Origin: Gammaproteobacteria bacterium
GTDB lineage: Bacteria > Pseudomonadota > Gammaproteobacteria > Ga0077536
Direction of reading: 5' to 3'
Assembly (NCBI GenBank): GCA_024235015.1
Contig: JACKNG010000001.1
Location: 77,934 to 141,933, forward strand
DNA: 64,000 bases
Shown: positions 9,523 through 18,238 of the stretch, piece by piece
Numbering within the stretch: position 1 is the stretch's first letter
How the letters are laid out: the number at the start of each line of letters is the position of its first letter
Made by a program: the position numbers and the translations under genes
The notes under the pieces: model-generated
Told to the model about the DNA's origin: nothing
The model's database searches: none
What the model saw: the letters and a program-made list of their open reading frames with translations, nothing else

Positions 9523-9571
9523 GGCCTGATTGAGCGCCCCGGCCGCCAGGCGACCGGGGCCGTGGGGCGGT

Positions 9572-10717
9572 TTACAGGGAACGCGAGATCAGCTCTTTCA
9601 TGATCTCGTTCGAGCCGCCGTAGATCATCTGCACGCGGCTGTCGGCGAAGTAATGCGCCACGGGGTATTCCATCATGTAGCCGTAACCGCCGTGCAACTG
9701 CAGGCATTCGTGGGCGGCTTCGAACTGCTTCTGGGTGCACCACCACTTGGCCATCGAGGCCGTCTCGGTATCGAGTTCGCCGACCTGGAGCTGGCTGATG
9801 CAGTGATCGACGAACACCCGCGCGATACGCGCCTCGGTGGCCAGTTCGGCCAAGGTGAACTTGGTGTTCTGGAAATCGAGCAGGCGCTGGCCGAAGGCCT
9901 TGCGCTCCTTCGTGTAGCCGACCGTCTCGGCGATCACGGCCTCCATCGCGGCGACGGCCATGACGGCGATGATGAGCCGTTCGCGCGGCAACTGCGCCAT
10001 GAGCTGGAAGAAGCCCTGGCCCTCGACGCCACCCAGCACGTTCTCCACCGGGATGCGGCAGTCGTCGAAGAACAGCTCACAGGTGTCCTGGCCCTTCATG
10101 CCGATCTTCTTCAGCGGCTTGTTGCGGCGGAAACCCTCCAGGCCCTCGACTTCGCACATCAGCAGCGAAATGCCCTTGGCGCGCTCCTCGGGGTTGGTCT
10201 TGCACACCACGCACACGAGGTTGGCATTCCAGCCGTTGGTGATGAAGGTCTTCGAACCGTTCAGCACGTAGGTGTCGCCGTCGCGCACGGCGCGTGTCTT
10301 CACCGCCTGCAGGTCGGAGCCGGTGCCGGGCTCGGTCATGGCGATGGAAGTGATGATCTCGCCCGTCGCCATGCCCGGCAGCCAGCGCTGCTTCTGTTCC
10401 TCGGTGCCGTAGCGCACCAGGTAGTGGGCGACGATGCTCTGGATGCCGTTGCCGAAACTCGTGATGCAGGCGCGCGCGCATTCCTCGTAGGTGATGGCGT
10501 CGAAACCGAAATCACCGCCGCCGCCGCCGTACTCGGTCGGCACGTCGGGGCACAGGATGCCGACCTCGCCGGCCTTGCGCCAGGCCTCGGGTTCGGGGTG
10601 GCCCTGTTCGATCCAGCGCTCGCGCTGCGGGACGAACTCGCTGTCGAAGAACTTGCGCACGGCGTCGCGGAAGATCTCGTGGTCTTCCGTCATCCAGGCA
10701 GAACGGTGCGGATTCAT
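9572..10717 (-). CDS. Acyl-CoA dehydrogenase
   Basis: 381 aa with ACAD N/M/C domains (TEPGTGSD, GSKTFITNG, YGGSNEI...). An alternative start is the ATG at 10693. Confidence 0.9.
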   Translation of the reverse strand: MNPHRSAWMTEDHEIFRDAVRKFFDSEFVPQRERWIEQGHPEPEAWRKAGEVGILCPDVPTEYGGGGGDFGFDAITYEECARACITSFGNGIQSIVAHYLVRYGTEEQKQRWLPGMATGEIITSIAMTEPGTGSDLQAVKTRAVRDGDTYVLNGSKTFITNGWNANLVCVVCKTNPEERAKGISLLMCEVEGLEGFRRNKPLKKIGMKGQDTCELFFDDCRIPVENVLGGVEGQGFFQLMAQLPRERLIIAVMAVAAMEAVIAETVGYTKERKAFGQRLLDFQNTKFTLAELATEARIARVFVDHCISQLQVGELDTETASMAKWWCTQKQFEAAHECLQLHGGYGYMMEYPVAHYFADSRVQMIYGGSNEIMKELISRSL

Positions 10718-10771
10718 GGCTCGGTTGCGGTCTCGTGGTGGTGGTCGGTGAGGACGGGCGCCAGGGTCGGA

Positions 10772-11971
10772 TCAGGAATGCAGGCCCAGCACCGACACGC
10801 TGGCGACGTTGCGGAAGGGGTGGCCGCCGAGATTGTGGGTCAGGCCCAGCGACGGGCTCGCCAGCTGGCGTTCGCCGGCGCGGCCGAGCAGCTGCAGGTA
10901 CATCTCGTAGGCCATGCGCAGGCCGCTGGCGCCGATCGGGTGGCCGAAGCACTTGAGCCCGCCGTCGATCTGGCACGGCACCGCGCCGTCGCGGTCGAAC
11001 TCGCCGTCGAGCACGGCCTTGATCGCGCCGCCGGGCTCGCACAGGCCGAGATCTTCCATCACCACCAGCTCGGTGACCGAGAAGCAGTCGTGGACCTCGG
11101 TCATGTCGAGTTCCTTGCGCGGGTCCTTGATGCCGGCCTCCTTGTAGGCGCGCTCGGCGGCGATGCGCGTGGTCAACAGGTAGCTGCCGTCCCAGGCGTT
11201 GTTCGACATCTCGAGGCCGTTGGACGGCGCGAGCTGCATGGCCTTGACGGTGACGAAGTCCTTGTAGCCCATCTCGCGCGCTTTCTCGACGCTGGTGACG
11301 ATGGCGCAGGCCGCGCCGTCGCTCACGCCGCAGCAGTCGTAGAGGCCGAGCGGTGCGGCGATCATGGGCGCGTTGATGGCCTGGTCCTCGGTGATGGTGC
11401 GGCGCAGGTGGGCCTTCGGATTGAGCGCACCGTTGGCGTGGCTCTTGACCGAGATGTGGGCCATGGCGCGCTTGAGATCCTTCGGGTCGCACTTGTGGCG
11501 CGCCTGGTAGGCGCTGGCGAGCTGGGCGAAGGCGCCGGGAGCGGTCGCGTTGGGCAGCCAGAGATCGTCGAACGAGCCCTTGGTGCGTTCCGGCAGGCCG
11601 GCATAGCCGGTGTCCTTGAGCTTCTCCACGCCGAGCGCGAGGGCCACGTCGCAGGCGCCGGCGGCGACCGCGTAGACCGCGCCGCGCAGCGCCTCGGTGC
11701 CGGTCGCGCACATGTTCTCGACCCGCGTCACCGGGATGTTCGGCAGGCGCAACGCCATCGACAGCGGCAGGGCCGACTTGCCGGCACTCTGTTCCTGGAA
11801 GAACAGGCCCAGCCAGGCCATCTCGATGGCCGAGCGCTCGATGCCGGCATCGCCCAGGGCCTCGGTGAAGGCCTCGACGATGAGTTCCTCCGGGCCGCAG
11901 TCCCAGCGTTCGCCGAACTGCGTGCAACCCATGCCGATGATGGCAACCTTGTCTTTGATTCCTGTGGCCAT
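10772..11971 (-). CDS. SCP-x/nonspecific-lipid-transfer-type thiolase (thiolase-like, DUF35-partner type)
   Basis: 399 aa with the thiolase fold (VENMCATGTEALR..., CFGHPIGASG...), typical of the thiolase subunits that pair with DUF35 proteins. Confidence 0.8.
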   Translation of the reverse strand: MATGIKDKVAIIGMGCTQFGERWDCGPEELIVEAFTEALGDAGIERSAIEMAWLGLFFQEQSAGKSALPLSMALRLPNIPVTRVENMCATGTEALRGAVYAVAAGACDVALALGVEKLKDTGYAGLPERTKGSFDDLWLPNATAPGAFAQLASAYQARHKCDPKDLKRAMAHISVKSHANGALNPKAHLRRTITEDQAINAPMIAAPLGLYDCCGVSDGAACAIVTSVEKAREMGYKDFVTVKAMQLAPSNGLEMSNNAWDGSYLLTTRIAAERAYKEAGIKDPRKELDMTEVHDCFSVTELVVMEDLGLCEPGGAIKAVLDGEFDRDGAVPCQIDGGLKCFGHPIGASGLRMAYEMYLQLLGRAGERQLASPSLGLTHNLGGHPFRNVASVSVLGLHS

Positions 11972-12138
11972 GGTCTGCCTCCTTAGCAGGCTGCTGAAAA
12001 ACTACTGCGGCGATCGTGGGCGGCGTTGCGCGCTCGCCTGCGGTCCTCATTCATCAACATAAACGCCGGTCCTCGTCTCGCGCGCGCCTTGCCCACGGCT
12101 TTCCTCGCGACGTTTTTCACCGGCCTGTGCGAGTTTCG

Positions 12139-13581
12139 TCAATCGCCGTCGACCGGGAGCGGCGCCGGTTTCCAGAAGTAACGGCGGAAGTGCCGCTTGG
12201 TGTCGTAGTCCTTGACCCGGAACACCAGGCGCACGGGGTCGCCGACCTTGATCTGTCCGGCGCCGAAATCGGTGAACTCGAGCATCACGTTGGCGCCGTC
12301 GGGGAACTCGACGTTGCCGTAGATGTAGGGCGGCGACGGCGTGTAGGCGAGCCAGTCCTCGGTGAAGGACTTCACCCGCCCGGTCAGGGCGGCGAGGCTC
12401 TCGGGGGTCTGCGATTCCGCCGCGCCGCATTTCACGCACACCAGCGCGCGCGGGAACTGCAGGGTGTTGCACTCGCGGCAGCGCCCGCCGCGCATCGCCG
12501 TGATGTCGCGGCGCTTGCGGTAGTAGGCCGACAGGGCGGTGCGGTTGTCGCGCTCGGAGCGCAACCCGAAGTCGATCGAAATCTGGTTGCGCAGCGAGAG
12601 GAACTGGGTGTAGTTGGCCAGCGGCCGGCGCTGCGCGAGGGCGCGGCCGGCGCCGCGGCCGGCCCGTACCAGAGCCAGCGCCGGAGTCGTGCGCAGGATG
12701 ATGGCATCCGCACCCTGGCCGAAGCCGATGACCAGCACGTACTGGTCGGGGCCCGCGTTGTCGAGCACGCTGGCCAGCATGAGCAGCGGATGGGGGACGC
12801 CGGTGTCGCCGCAGTTGGCCGTGAGCGGGTCGGCGAAGCGCTTGGGGTCGATGCCGAGGGGCTTGGCCAGCGCGCGGGCGACGCCGGTCGAGCCGTGCAG
12901 GACGACGTGGTCGATGTCGCCGACCTGGATGCCGGCGCCGGCAGCGGCCTGCTCGACGACGTCGGGCACGATCTTGAGGTAGCCCTCCTCGCGCACCCAG
13001 CGCTCTTCCAGCGCGTAGTCGAAATCGGTGTCGGTCGCCCGGTACTGGTCGACCATGTCCTCGTGCACGGAGGCCGCGGCGAGGAACTCCGCCACCGGCT
13101 TGCCTTCGCCGATGAGCAGCGCCGCGGCGCCGTGACCGTAGAGCATCTCCTGGCTGCTGCCGGGGCGGGTCTCGCGGGTGTCGGCAGCGACCAGCAGGGT
13201 GGTGTCGTGGCCATGGCCGCGGGCGGCGCGGGCCAGCGCGCTGGTGGCCGCGCGGCGGCTGCCGGCGAGATCCTCGGTCAGCACCTCGTGGTCGAGGTCG
13301 AGGGCATCGGCGACGACGCCGCTGTTGGAGCGATCGGCGAAGGGCAAGGTGGTCGAAGCCAGGCTGACCTGGCCGACCGGGCCGTCGACCCCGGCCAGGC
13401 AGTCACGCGCGGCCTCGACGGCCAGCGTGATGCTGTCCTCGTCCCAGTTGGCGACGGCGCGCTCGCCCGCGGCCAGGCCGCGCACGCCGGGGACGGCCCA
13501 GCCGACGGCGTCGAGGATCGCGCTGCGCGCGAGTCGCAGGTGGGGAACGTAGGCGCCGAAAGATAGGATGCCGTAAGTCAT
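12139..13581 (-). CDS. HMG-CoA synthase-like (thiolase-superfamily) protein fused to a C-terminal DUF35 Zn-ribbon/OB-fold domain
   Basis: 480 aa. The N-terminal ~340 aa resemble archaeal-type HMG-CoA synthase (GILSFGAYVPHLRL..., CGDTG). The C-terminal portion carries CRECNTLQFPRALVCVKCG (Zn ribbon) followed by an OB-fold-like region (GRVKSFTEDW...GDPVRLVFR). Confidence 0.7.
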   Translation of the reverse strand: MTYGILSFGAYVPHLRLARSAILDAVGWAVPGVRGLAAGERAVANWDEDSITLAVEAARDCLAGVDGPVGQVSLASTTLPFADRSNSGVVADALDLDHEVLTEDLAGSRRAATSALARAARGHGHDTTLLVAADTRETRPGSSQEMLYGHGAAALLIGEGKPVAEFLAAASVHEDMVDQYRATDTDFDYALEERWVREEGYLKIVPDVVEQAAAGAGIQVGDIDHVVLHGSTGVARALAKPLGIDPKRFADPLTANCGDTGVPHPLLMLASVLDNAGPDQYVLVIGFGQGADAIILRTTPALALVRAGRGAGRALAQRRPLANYTQFLSLRNQISIDFGLRSERDNRTALSAYYRKRRDITAMRGGRCRECNTLQFPRALVCVKCGAAESQTPESLAALTGRVKSFTEDWLAYTPSPPYIYGNVEFPDGANVMLEFTDFGAGQIKVGDPVRLVFRVKDYDTKRHFRRYFWKPAPLPVDGD

Positions 13582-13663
13582 CAGACCTCTTCTCGTGTGA
13601 AATGGTGTGCCGCAGGCAGCACGGCGATTCTAAGGGAATTGGCCGGCGACCGTCGCCGCCGGC

Positions 13664-14851
13664 TCATACCGCGCCGGCTGCGCGCAGGGCAGCGACTGCC
13701 GCGGCGTCGTAGCCGAGTTCGGCGAGGATGGCGTCGGTGTGCTCTCCCACCGTGGGCGCGCGCCGATGCGGCGGCGCATGGCCGGACATGGCGACCGGGA
13801 AGCGTGCCACGGGGGGCGCGGTGCCCGCGATGTCGGGATATTCGAGCGGGCGCAGGAAGCCCATCGCGGCGGCCTGCGGGTGGGTGACGGCCTGGTCGAG
13901 ATCGAGCACCGGTCCGGCCGGCACGCCGGCCGCGGCGAGGGCGTCGAGAACTTCCTCGGTGGTGCGGCTGCGGCACCAGTCGGCGACGTGGCCGCAGATC
14001 TCGTCGCGGTGGTCGCCGCGCAGGCCGTCGCTGGCGAACGCCGGGCGGTCGGCCCAGTCGACGTCCCCGATGAGACCGGCGAGGCGCCTGAACAGGCCGT
14101 TGCCGACCACGTGGGTCAGCACGTGGCCGTCGCGTGTCTCGAAGATGTCGGTCGGCGCGCTGGTCTGGCCGCGGTTGCCGCTCGGTACGCGGTTGACCGC
14201 GAGCACGGCCTGCTCGATGAGCGCGGCGTTGAAGAAGGTCAGCGAGGTGCCGAGCAGCGAGGCCTGCACGTGCTGGCCCCGGCCCGTGTCGCGCTTCTGG
14301 TAGAGCGCGGCGAGCGTAGCGAAGGCGCCGAGCGCGGCGGTGCCGAAATCGGCGAACGGGGTCGCGCTCTTGGCCGGCTGGCCGGGCTGCCCGGACATGA
14401 AGGCCGAGCCGGACATGGCCTGGCCGATGCCGTCGAAACCGCCGCGGTCACGCCACGGGCCTTCGTGGCCGAAACCGGTCTGGGTGGTGAGGATGATGTC
14501 GGGCTTGATGGCGGTGAGCGTGGCGTAGTCGAGGCCGGCGCGGACCAGCGCCTTGGGCGGCATGTTGGCGATGACGACGTCGGCCCGCTCGATCAGGCGG
14601 CGCTTGATGTCCGCCGCCTCGGCATGCTTGACGTCGAGCGTCATGCCGCGCTTGTTGCAGCCGGTTTCGAGGTAGACCGCGCTCGCCGTGGGACTGACCG
14701 TGCCGACGAAGCGGTCCTCGCTGCCACCCGGCTTCTCGATGCGGATGACGTCGGCGCCGAGGTAGGCGAGCAGCGCGGCGCAGTAGGGGCCGGCGATGTA
14801 GCGCGAGAAATCGAGCACGCGTACGCCGGCCAGGATGGCGTTGTCGGACAT
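13664..14851 (-). CDS. CoA transferase family III (CaiB/BaiF-type)
   Basis: Real start MSDNAILAGVRVLDFSRYIAGPYCAALLAYLGADVIRIEKPGG at the ATG at 14851 with a GGAGG RBS; 395 aa. The 20-aa extension in the track is not supported. Confidence 0.85.
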   Translation of the reverse strand: MSDNAILAGVRVLDFSRYIAGPYCAALLAYLGADVIRIEKPGGSEDRFVGTVSPTASAVYLETGCNKRGMTLDVKHAEAADIKRRLIERADVVIANMPPKALVRAGLDYATLTAIKPDIILTTQTGFGHEGPWRDRGGFDGIGQAMSGSAFMSGQPGQPAKSATPFADFGTAALGAFATLAALYQKRDTGRGQHVQASLLGTSLTFFNAALIEQAVLAVNRVPSGNRGQTSAPTDIFETRDGHVLTHVVGNGLFRRLAGLIGDVDWADRPAFASDGLRGDHRDEICGHVADWCRSRTTEEVLDALAAAGVPAGPVLDLDQAVTHPQAAAMGFLRPLEYPDIAGTAPPVARFPVAMSGHAPPHRRAPTVGEHTDAILAELGYDAAAVAALRAAGAV

Positions 14852-15034
14852 GGTTCCCCTCCTCCCCGTTGACAGGCTCGCCGCGCTGTCCGTCAGCGGC
14901 GGCCGCGGCATTGTCGCAATTCCGCCCGTTCTTGACGATGCAGTGGCGGAGCCTGGCCCGGGAGCACCGGCGGGCGTGTGCTAGGGTCGGGGTCCGACTC
15001 ACCGCGCCGAGCGCATCGGCGAGGAACAGCAGTG

Positions 15035-15553
15035 ATGATGAAATTCACCCACGGCGAACGTGCGACCGCCGCGGTGGCCGCACGCCGCCTGTGCCTGGGG
15101 GCCGTGGTGGGCCTGCTGCCGGCGGCCGGCCCGGTCGACGCGGCCTCGGTCTTCCGCTACGTCGACGACGCCGGCGTCACCGAGTACGCCGCCGACCCCC
15201 CGGCCGATGGACGCGACTACCAAGTGGTCGAGGTCGATGCCGAGTTACCCGACGCGGCCGTGCTCGCGGCCCAGCGGCGCCGCGATGCCCTGTTGTCAGG
15301 GGCCGCGACGGTCGAGGACGAGCTGGCGGCGGACAAGCGCGAGCGCGCACAGGCCGTGCAGGCCGCGCGGGCCGAGCTCGCCGCCGCGCGCAAGAAGCTG
15401 CGCGAGGCGCAGGCGGTGAAGGATGGCGACTGGCAGAACCTGGCCAACGGCCGGCGGCATCTCCAGCCGGCCTACTTCGACCGCGTCGCGGCCGCGCGGG
15501 CGGCCGAACGCGCCGCGCGCGACGCGCTGGCCGTAGCCCGCCGGGCGCACTGA
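15035..15553 (+). CDS. DUF4124 domain-containing secreted protein
   Basis: Start MMKFTHGERATAAVAARRLCLGAVVGLLPAAG (signal peptide) with a GAGGAA RBS 9 nt upstream. The VFRYVDDAGVTEYAADPP motif is characteristic of DUF4124; the C-terminal region is Ala/Arg-rich coiled-coil-like. Confidence 0.6.
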   Translation: MMKFTHGERATAAVAARRLCLGAVVGLLPAAGPVDAASVFRYVDDAGVTEYAADPPADGRDYQVVEVDAELPDAAVLAAQRRRDALLSGAATVEDELAADKRERAQAVQAARAELAAARKKLREAQAVKDGDWQNLANGRRHLQPAYFDRVAAARAAERAARDALAVARRAH

Positions 15554-15569
15554 GGCGGGCGGCGCCCGG

Positions 15570-16115
15570 CTACAGCCCCGCGGGGCGCTTCTGCAGCTTG
15601 CGTTGCAGGGTGCGTCGATGCAGGCCGAGCTTGCGCGCGGCGTCGGAGACGTTGCCCTTGCAGGCGATCAGGGTCTTCTGGATGTGTTCCCACTCGAGGT
15701 GTTGCAACGAGGTCGGCTCGCTCGGTACGGCCGCCTGCGGGTCGGGCCCGGGCGCGCCGAAGGCGGCGATGATCTCGTCGGCGTCGGCCGGCTTGGTGAG
15801 GTACTGCACGGCGCCGAGCTTGATGGCATGGACGGCGGTGGCGATGCTCGCGAAGCCGGTCAGCACGACGATGCGCAGCGCCGGGTCGATGGCGCGCAGG
15901 GGCTCGATCAGTTGCAGGCCCGAATCCTGTTCCAGGCGCAGGTCGAGGACGACGTAGGCCGGCGGCGTGGCGCGGGCCGCGACGAGGGCGGACGTCCCAT
16001 CGGCGGCGGTCGTAACCGCGTAGCCGCGCCGCGTCAGCGCCGCGGCCAGCACCTCGCGGAAGGCCTGGTCGTCGTCGATGATCAGGCAGCGCGGCGCGCT
16101 GGCGGTGGCCGTCAT
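15570..16115 (-). CDS. regA: Fis-type response regulator of the RegA/PrrA/ActR/RoxR family
   Basis: 181 aa from MTATASAPRCLIIDDDQAFREVL..., with a receiver domain (D at LVLDLRL) plus a C-terminal Fis-type HTH (GNVSDAARKLGLHRRTLQRKLQK). The ATG at 16115 overlaps the kinase stop (ATGA). The long upstream extension in the track is a wrong-frame continuation. Confidence 0.85.
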   Translation of the reverse strand: MTATASAPRCLIIDDDQAFREVLAAALTRRGYAVTTAADGTSALVAARATPPAYVVLDLRLEQDSGLQLIEPLRAIDPALRIVVLTGFASIATAVHAIKLGAVQYLTKPADADEIIAAFGAPGPDPQAAVPSEPTSLQHLEWEHIQKTLIACKGNVSDAARKLGLHRRTLQRKLQKRPAGL

Positions 16116-17365
16116 GTCGGCGACAGGGGCGCGATGGGGATGGCGATGCGGGCCAGGGTGCCGTGCGGCGGCCGCGCTTCGAGGGCCAGGCTGCCGCCGA
16201 GGCGCTCGACGATGGTGCGCGCCAGCAGCAGGCCGATGCCGAGACCGTCCTGCTTGGTGCTGACGGCCTCGCGGCCGAGGCGCGCGCCGAGCGCGGCGTC
16301 GATCCCCGGGCCGTCGTCGCCGACCGTGAGTGACAGCTCGGCGGCCGACCAGCGGCTCTCGATGTCGACCCGCGAGGCGGCCGCCTGGGCGGCATTGTCG
16401 AGCACGTTGACGATGGCCTGGGTGAGCACGCGGTCGACGACGATGCCGGGTGGTGGCGTGCTGCCGCGGTGCACATAGGCGACTTCGACTTCGGGGTGGC
16501 GGGCGCGCCAGTCGCGCACCACGCCGGCGACGAAGTCGTCGACGGCGACCGCCTCCCCGGCACTCGCCGGGCCGGCGCCGGCGACGTCGGCCATGCGCGC
16601 GAGAATTGCCTTGCAGCGCGCAATCTGCGCACGCAGGGTGGCGGCCTGAGCGCGCAGTTCGGCGCTGTCGGCGCCGTGCTCGATCTCGCCGGCGAGCACG
16701 GCCATGGTCGACAACGGCGTACCGAGTTCGTGCGCCGTGCCGGCGGCGAGGGTGCCGAGGGCGAGGAATCGCTCGCTCGCCAGCGCCTCTTCGCGCAGGG
16801 TCGCGAGTTCGTGATCGCGGCGGCGCAGGTGGCCGGCGAGCGCGGCGACGAACAGCGCCACCGAGACCGCGCTGAGCATGAAGCCGTACCACATGCCCCA
16901 CACGTGCAGGCTGAACGAGCCGGCCTGGTGATGGCCCTCGAGCGGCGGCGCCGGCACCAGCATGAGGCCCGTGTAGCAGGCCACGGCGATCACCGCCACC
17001 GCGGCCGTGGCGGGCCGTGGCAGGGCCGCCGCGGCGAACACGATCGGCAGCAGGAACAGCGAGATGAAGGGGTTGAAGGCACCGCCGGTGAAATAGACCA
17101 GGGCCGAGAGCGCGGCGAGATCCGCCAACAGCTGGGCGAGGTAGCCGCGCGCCGGGTGCACGCCCATGCCGGGTGTGCCCACCCACCAGGAGAACGCGGT
17201 GAACAGCGCCAGCACGACCAGCACGAGGTTGATCGCGGGCCATGGCAGGTGCGCGGCGAAGACCCCGTCCATGACCAGCAGGGCGAGGTATTGGCCGCCG
17301 ATCACGACCAGGCGGATCAGCAGCAGGTAGCGCAGGATGTGGTCGATGGGGGTGCGGTTGGGCAT
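16112..17365 (-). CDS. regB: Redox-sensing sensor histidine kinase of the RegB/PrrB/ActS/RoxS family
   Basis: 417 aa from MPNRTPIDHILRY... (alternative ATG at 17404). Multi-TM N-terminus with the quinone-binding heptad GGAFNPF (GGXXNPF), H-box TAHELGTPLS, conserved redox-box cysteine in QIARCKAILARM, and an HATPase domain. Confidence 0.85.
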   Translation of the reverse strand: MPNRTPIDHILRYLLLIRLVVIGGQYLALLVMDGVFAAHLPWPAINLVLVVLALFTAFSWWVGTPGMGVHPARGYLAQLLADLAALSALVYFTGGAFNPFISLFLLPIVFAAAALPRPATAAVAVIAVACYTGLMLVPAPPLEGHHQAGSFSLHVWGMWYGFMLSAVSVALFVAALAGHLRRRDHELATLREEALASERFLALGTLAAGTAHELGTPLSTMAVLAGEIEHGADSAELRAQAATLRAQIARCKAILARMADVAGAGPASAGEAVAVDDFVAGVVRDWRARHPEVEVAYVHRGSTPPPGIVVDRVLTQAIVNVLDNAAQAAASRVDIESRWSAAELSLTVGDDGPGIDAALGARLGREAVSTKQDGLGIGLLLARTIVERLGGSLALEARPPHGTLARIAIPIAPLSPT

Positions 17366-17449
17366 CGCGGTGGACGCTCGGCGCAGGGCCGCGGGCACGG
17401 CCATCCTAACCGCAGCACCGCCGCGGTGGAATCGGTGCCGCGACCGGGT

Positions 17450-17464
17450 GCGACGAAATGTCGC
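17450..17464. promoter_or_regulatory. Candidate RegA/PrrA-type box GCGAC-N5-GTCGC in the regB / cytochrome c divergent intergenic region
   Basis: The sequence tGCGACgaaatGTCGCag matches the GCGNC-N5-GNCGC PrrA/RegA consensus; additional GCGAC half-sites lie nearby. Coordinates ±1. Confidence 0.35.
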
Positions 17465-17596
17465 AGCTGGCGACCCTTGGGCAGAACGCCCGTCGGCCCC
17501 ATGTCTGAGGGCAATCAAGGCACGTCGTCGCCCGGCGTGCTCCGATAGCAACGACTGCCAGCCCCATGCCGGTGGTACGCACAGAGGAGATTGCCG

Positions 17597-18055
17597 ATGA
17601 CCAATAAGCTGCTCGTCATTCCCGCCGCACTCGCAGCCGGCCTGGCCGTGACCCCGGCACTGGCGGTTCACGAACCGCGCGTCGAGCCCGAGCATCCCGC
17701 GCCCGAGTACGCCGTCGAGTGTCCCGAGGGCACTGCGGACGCCGGCGCCTGCAAGGTCGACCAGCTCACCTACGACGGCTGGAAGACCTTCAAGATCGAA
17801 TGCCAGCAATGTCACGGCGGCGGCGCCATGGGCAGCACTTTCGCGCCCAACCTGATGGTGCGGTTCAACGAGGACGGGGTCGATTACGGCCGCTTCCTCT
17901 ACGTCATGAACCACGGTTACACCGGGCACACGGGGGCCATGCCGTCGATGGAGAAGAATCCGCGCGTGCAGAAGAACAAGGACGCGCTCTACGCCTATCT
18001 CAAGGCGCGCGCGGATGGTCGCCTGCCGAACGGGCGGCCGCCGAAGCCGGAGTGA
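17597..18055 (+). CDS. Periplasmic mono-haem c-type cytochrome
   Basis: Signal peptide MTNKLLVIPAALAAGLAVTPALA plus a CQQCHG haem-binding motif (CXXCH). The ATG at 17597 is preceded by a GAGGAG RBS at 7-nt spacing; the track starts at an upstream TTG at 17591. Confidence 0.75.
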   Translation: MTNKLLVIPAALAAGLAVTPALAVHEPRVEPEHPAPEYAVECPEGTADAGACKVDQLTYDGWKTFKIECQQCHGGGAMGSTFAPNLMVRFNEDGVDYGRFLYVMNHGYTGHTGAMPSMEKNPRVQKNKDALYAYLKARADGRLPNGRPPKPE

Positions 18056-18082
18056 GGCGCTGCTCGGCTGGGGTGCGGGAAC

Positions 18083-18107
18083 GGGGACAGTTAGGAAAAC
18101 TGTCCCC
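18083..18107. repeat. Palindrome GGGGACAGTT-aggaa-AACTGTCCCC (REP-like, GGGGACAG family) in the convergent intergenic region
   Basis: 10-bp perfect arms with a 5-nt loop, 28 bp after the cytochrome c stop. Confidence 0.65.
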
Positions 18108-18163
18108 ACCTTGGTGGTCTGATCGGTGCGGTCTGTTGACTGCCACCGCGGCGCCTCAGACGC

Positions 18164-18188
18164 GGGGAAGGTTTTCCTAACCGTCCCC
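18164..18188. repeat. Second, near-inverted copy GGGGAAGGTT-ttcct-AACCGTCCCC of the same palindromic repeat
   Basis: It is the reverse complement of the 18083 copy with 3 mismatches, the loop being the exact reverse complement. The two hairpins sit 56 bp apart between the convergent cytochrome c and MBL genes and likely act as a bidirectional terminator. Confidence 0.6.
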
Positions 18189-18238
18189 CTCTCCGGCAAC
18201 CGGAAGCAATCGAAGCCCCCGACCCGCTCCAATCTATC

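Noticed and set aside
10512-12050. 512-aa minus-strand ORF overlapping the thiolase gene and others like it (15570..17243 extension, 27269..30367, 47082..48656, 55965..58898)
   Set aside because: Arg/Gly/Pro-rich junk translations in alternative frames. Each region is fully explained by a motif-bearing gene in another frame.
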